Positions 8,420 to 10,915 of a stretch of 10,915 bases of DNA are shown here, piece by piece (within the stretch, counting starts at the first letter, position 1; each line of letters starts with the position of its first letter). This stretch comes from Candidatus Iainarchaeum sp. (GTDB taxonomy: Archaea > Iainarchaeota > Iainarchaeia > Iainarchaeales > JAFCCJ01). The stretch is from contig JBDRHK010000085.1 in assembly GCA_043816965.1 (NCBI GenBank), forward strand, positions 1 through 10,915, in the 5' to 3' direction. The translations under genes and the position numbers were made by a program. Under the pieces are notes generated by a model that saw only the letters and a list, made by a program, of their open reading frames with translations, ran no database searches and was not told where the DNA came from.

Positions 8420-9586
8420 ATGGACGAAATGCGTTACGAAATCGGCTTACTTCGCAATTTAGTGGCACTTGATACAGATTCAGACCAAAAAAAGAACTAT
8501 GTAAGAATTGCGAAATTGCTGGGAATTGAGGCAAAAAAATTAGGGCTCAGGGCAAAAACCATCACTTACAAATCTGATGAGGGAAAGCCATGCCCCAATC
8601 TTTTCATATCTCTGGACAAAAAGGCCAAAGAAACAATTCTACTTGCAACCCATTATGATGTCGTGCCTGCAGGCGAGGGATGGACAGCCGACCCCTTCAA
8701 GCTGCGGAGAAAGGGAAAAATGCTTATCGGAAGGGGCGCCTGTGATGACAAGGGGGCAATAGCCGCCGCAATGGGCGCGCTTAAGGAACTGAAAAATTTA
8801 GATTGCCGCAGGAATGTTAAACTCCTTGTTGCCTGTGATGAGGAGGTTGGGGCAGGGAATGGCCTGAAGAAATTAATTGCGAAAAATAAGAAGGATTTAA
8901 TCTCTGATTTTTGCATAGTGATGGACAAGGATTTTACAAATGTTGGAATCGGATGCAGCGGAACCGCAATGGGATACATTTTCCTTAAGGGGGAACAGGG
9001 GCATGCAGGTTATCCACACAAGACACTAAATATTGTCCATGAGGCAGTTCCTTTTATGGCTGATTTGCTCGAATATAAAAAACTCAGGGAAATGAAAAAA
9101 TCAGTTGCCCCTGCCCCTCCCGGGTCATTGCACAAAACAGTATGGGGGAGATTTTCAATAACTATGCTTAATGCAGGGCATAAAACAAACATAATCCCGA
9201 GCTCACTCAGGATTGGCTTTGATATCCGTGCCCTCCCTGAGGAGAAAATTAATGGGGTTATTAAGGAATTTAAAAAATTCGTGGGAATCAAATTGAAAAA
9301 GCACAACCTGCGCGGGAGAATCACCATCAAAGGCAGCAATGGCTATATGATTAGGAAAGATAATCCCTATGTTGAAGAAGTTGCCAAAAAGGCGGAGAAA
9401 ATCCTGGGCAGGAAACTGGAAAAGGTTGTTGAATTGGGTGCGGTTGATGGGAGGTTCATCGCAAAATTGGGAATTTCTGCAATCGCAATAACTCCGGGGG
9501 GAAAGAATGCCCATGCGCCGGAGGAATCAATATCTATTTATGAACTTAGAAAGACAAAAGAATTGGTTAAGGAACTTGTAAGGTGA
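8420..9586 (+). CDS. M20-family metallo-amidohydrolase (ArgE/DapE-like deacylase/peptidase)
   Basis: HYDVVP, GRGACDDKG, DEEVG, G..GHAG, NIIP, FDIR, GAVDGRF and NAHAPEE motifs; 388 aa. Confidence 0.92.
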   Translation: MDEMRYEIGLLRNLVALDTDSDQKKNYVRIAKLLGIEAKKLGLRAKTITYKSDEGKPCPNLFISLDKKAKETILLATHYDVVPAGEGWTADPFKLRRKGKMLIGRGACDDKGAIAAAMGALKELKNLDCRRNVKLLVACDEEVGAGNGLKKLIAKNKKDLISDFCIVMDKDFTNVGIGCSGTAMGYIFLKGEQGHAGYPHKTLNIVHEAVPFMADLLEYKKLREMKKSVAPAPPGSLHKTVWGRFSITMLNAGHKTNIIPSSLRIGFDIRALPEEKINGVIKEFKKFVGIKLKKHNLRGRITIKGSNGYMIRKDNPYVEEVAKKAEKILGRKLEKVVELGAVDGRFIAKLGISAIAITPGGKNAHAPEESISIYELRKTKELVKELVR

Positions 9587-9590
9587 ATCA

Positions 9591-10915
9591 ATGGCGAAAA
9601 AGCCCCTTAAAATTTTTCATTCAGGCCTTGAGTTTGAGTATTTCCTTATCAATGAGAAGGGAGACCTTGTTTTCAACGCCGACAAAATTCTGAAGGATGC
9701 GGCGAAGATTGACCCAAAAGCCCAGCTGGCAAAGGAGTGCTCCATAGGTATGGTTGAACTGAACAATTACCCAAAAGCTGAGCCGCATGAAACCATTAAT
9801 GAAATGCTTTCAGGGGTTAAGGCCCTTATGAAGGCCGCGGAAAAAAACGATTCCTTTCTTCTCCCGCTGAGCTGCTATCCTGGAAAAAACAAAACCGCAA
9901 TGAGAACCGGGAATGGCTATGGAATCAAGGAAAAAATTTTCGGGAAGCAGAAATTCAAATTGGCGGGAAAGTGCGCCGGCTTCCATTTCCATTTCACCCT
10001 CCCAAAAGGGATGATGGACAAGGAAAAATTGGTTTTGAAAAGGGTGATTAATTCAAAAACAAAAAACTCGATGATGAATGCATACAATTTCCTGATTGCA
10101 ACAGACCCTGTCCTGCTTACTGTAATGGCATCTTCACCATATTATGAACTCCAGCAACTTGCAAAGGATTCCCGGGCTTTGGTTTACAGGGGAGGGGGCA
10201 ATTTGAAATACAGGGACGGGCTTTACAGCAAATTCCCCCTTTTTGGGGCACTTCCCCCATATAAGCAAACACTTTCTGATTTGAGGCATTCGATAAACAG
10301 GAGAAATATTATCTGGAAAAATATTATGCAAAAGCATGGCATGAACCCCAAAAAGAACTGGCCATACAAGTCAAAGCTGGACATTTATTGGGGCCCGCTG
10401 CGGGTGAACAAGCACGATACTTTGGAACAGAGGGGGATTGACATGAACAATCTTGACAATGTAATGGGGATGGTAACTGTTCTCAATTATGTTTTGGAGG
10501 AAATCCAGACTAACTTTTTGCAGGTTGTTCCATCAGATATTGGGCTGGAGGAACCGTTCAAGAGGGAGGGAAATGTGCTTTACATACCCCCGCACACCCA
10601 TGTGAGGAACAGGCTGCAGTACAGGGCGGCGAAATTTGGTTTTGGGAGCAAAAGCGTGAAAAACTACACGAAAAAATTCTTCTCCTTTGCAAAAGGCTGC
10701 ATTCCGGAAAGGAAGATGAGGATTGCCAGGCCTGTTTTTGACATTGTCGACAATGAGAAAAGCCTTTCGGACAAAATCCTGTCCTATGCCAGGTCAAAAG
10801 GCCATGCGCCTGAAAATGGAATCACCCCTGAATTCGCAAGGGAGATTTCAATAAAGGCCGCATCTGACTACCTGCAAAGTGTGGGGAGAACTGAGAAAGT
10901 GCTGGAGAAATATTT
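9591..10915 (+). CDS. Glutamate-cysteine ligase family 2 (GCS2/YbdK-like) carboxylate-amine ligase, partial (no stop in window)
   Basis: Manual translation from ATG 9591 (GGTGA SD overlapping the M20 stop) is open for 441 codons: MAKKPLKIFHSGLEFEYFL...KECSIGMVELN...CAGFHFHF...MASSPYY...KDSR...YWGPLRVNKHDTLEQRGID. These match the GxExE, ExxxxxxEL, GxHxH, SSP and TxExRxxD motifs of the family. Confidence 0.85.
   Translation, partial: MAKKPLKIFHSGLEFEYFLINEKGDLVFNADKILKDAAKIDPKAQLAKECSIGMVELNNYPKAEPHETINEMLSGVKALMKAAEKNDSFLLPLSCYPGKNKTAMRTGNGYGIKEKIFGKQKFKLAGKCAGFHFHFTLPKGMMDKEKLVLKRVINSKTKNSMMNAYNFLIATDPVLLTVMASSPYYELQQLAKDSRALVYRGGGNLKYRDGLYSKFPLFGALPPYKQTLSDLRHSINRRNIIWKNIMQKHGMNPKKNWPYKSKLDIYWGPLRVNKHDTLEQRGIDMNNLDNVMGMVTVLNYVLEEIQTNFLQVVPSDIGLEEPFKREGNVLYIPPHTHVRNRLQYRAAKFGFGSKSVKNYTKKFFSFAKGCIPERKMRIARPVFDIVDNEKSLSDKILSYARSKGHAPENGITPEFAREISIKAASDYLQSVGRTEKVLEKY

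Noticed and set aside
8577..10797. Short alternative-frame and minus-strand ORFs within the M20 and GCS2 genes
   Set aside because: Fully overlapped by motif-supported genes, including the 9591-10915 ORF missing from the track.

Overview
Archaeal-looking genomic window. TATA-like boxes about 25 nt upstream of starts and GGTG/GGTGA ribosome-binding motifs suggest an archaeon, possibly DPANN-type; this taxonomy is inference only. The left half (1-5435) is an accessory region. It holds the 3' end and probable right inverted repeat of an IS66-family element, a membrane protein and a DUF1059-like small protein. It also holds a large Cys-rich lipoprotein with two tandem clan GH-A glycoside hydrolase modules, a secreted Cys-rich/acidic protein and a 2-TM Zn-ribbon protein. 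The right half is metabolic: a minus-strand guaB-thyX-orphan operon, whose last gene appears frameshifted at a slippery A8 run, and a divergent plus-strand operon. That operon pairs an M20 (ArgE/DapE-like) amidohydrolase with a GCS2/YbdK-like carboxylate-amine ligase that runs off the window edge and is missing from the ORF track. No tRNA, rRNA or CRISPR array was seen.
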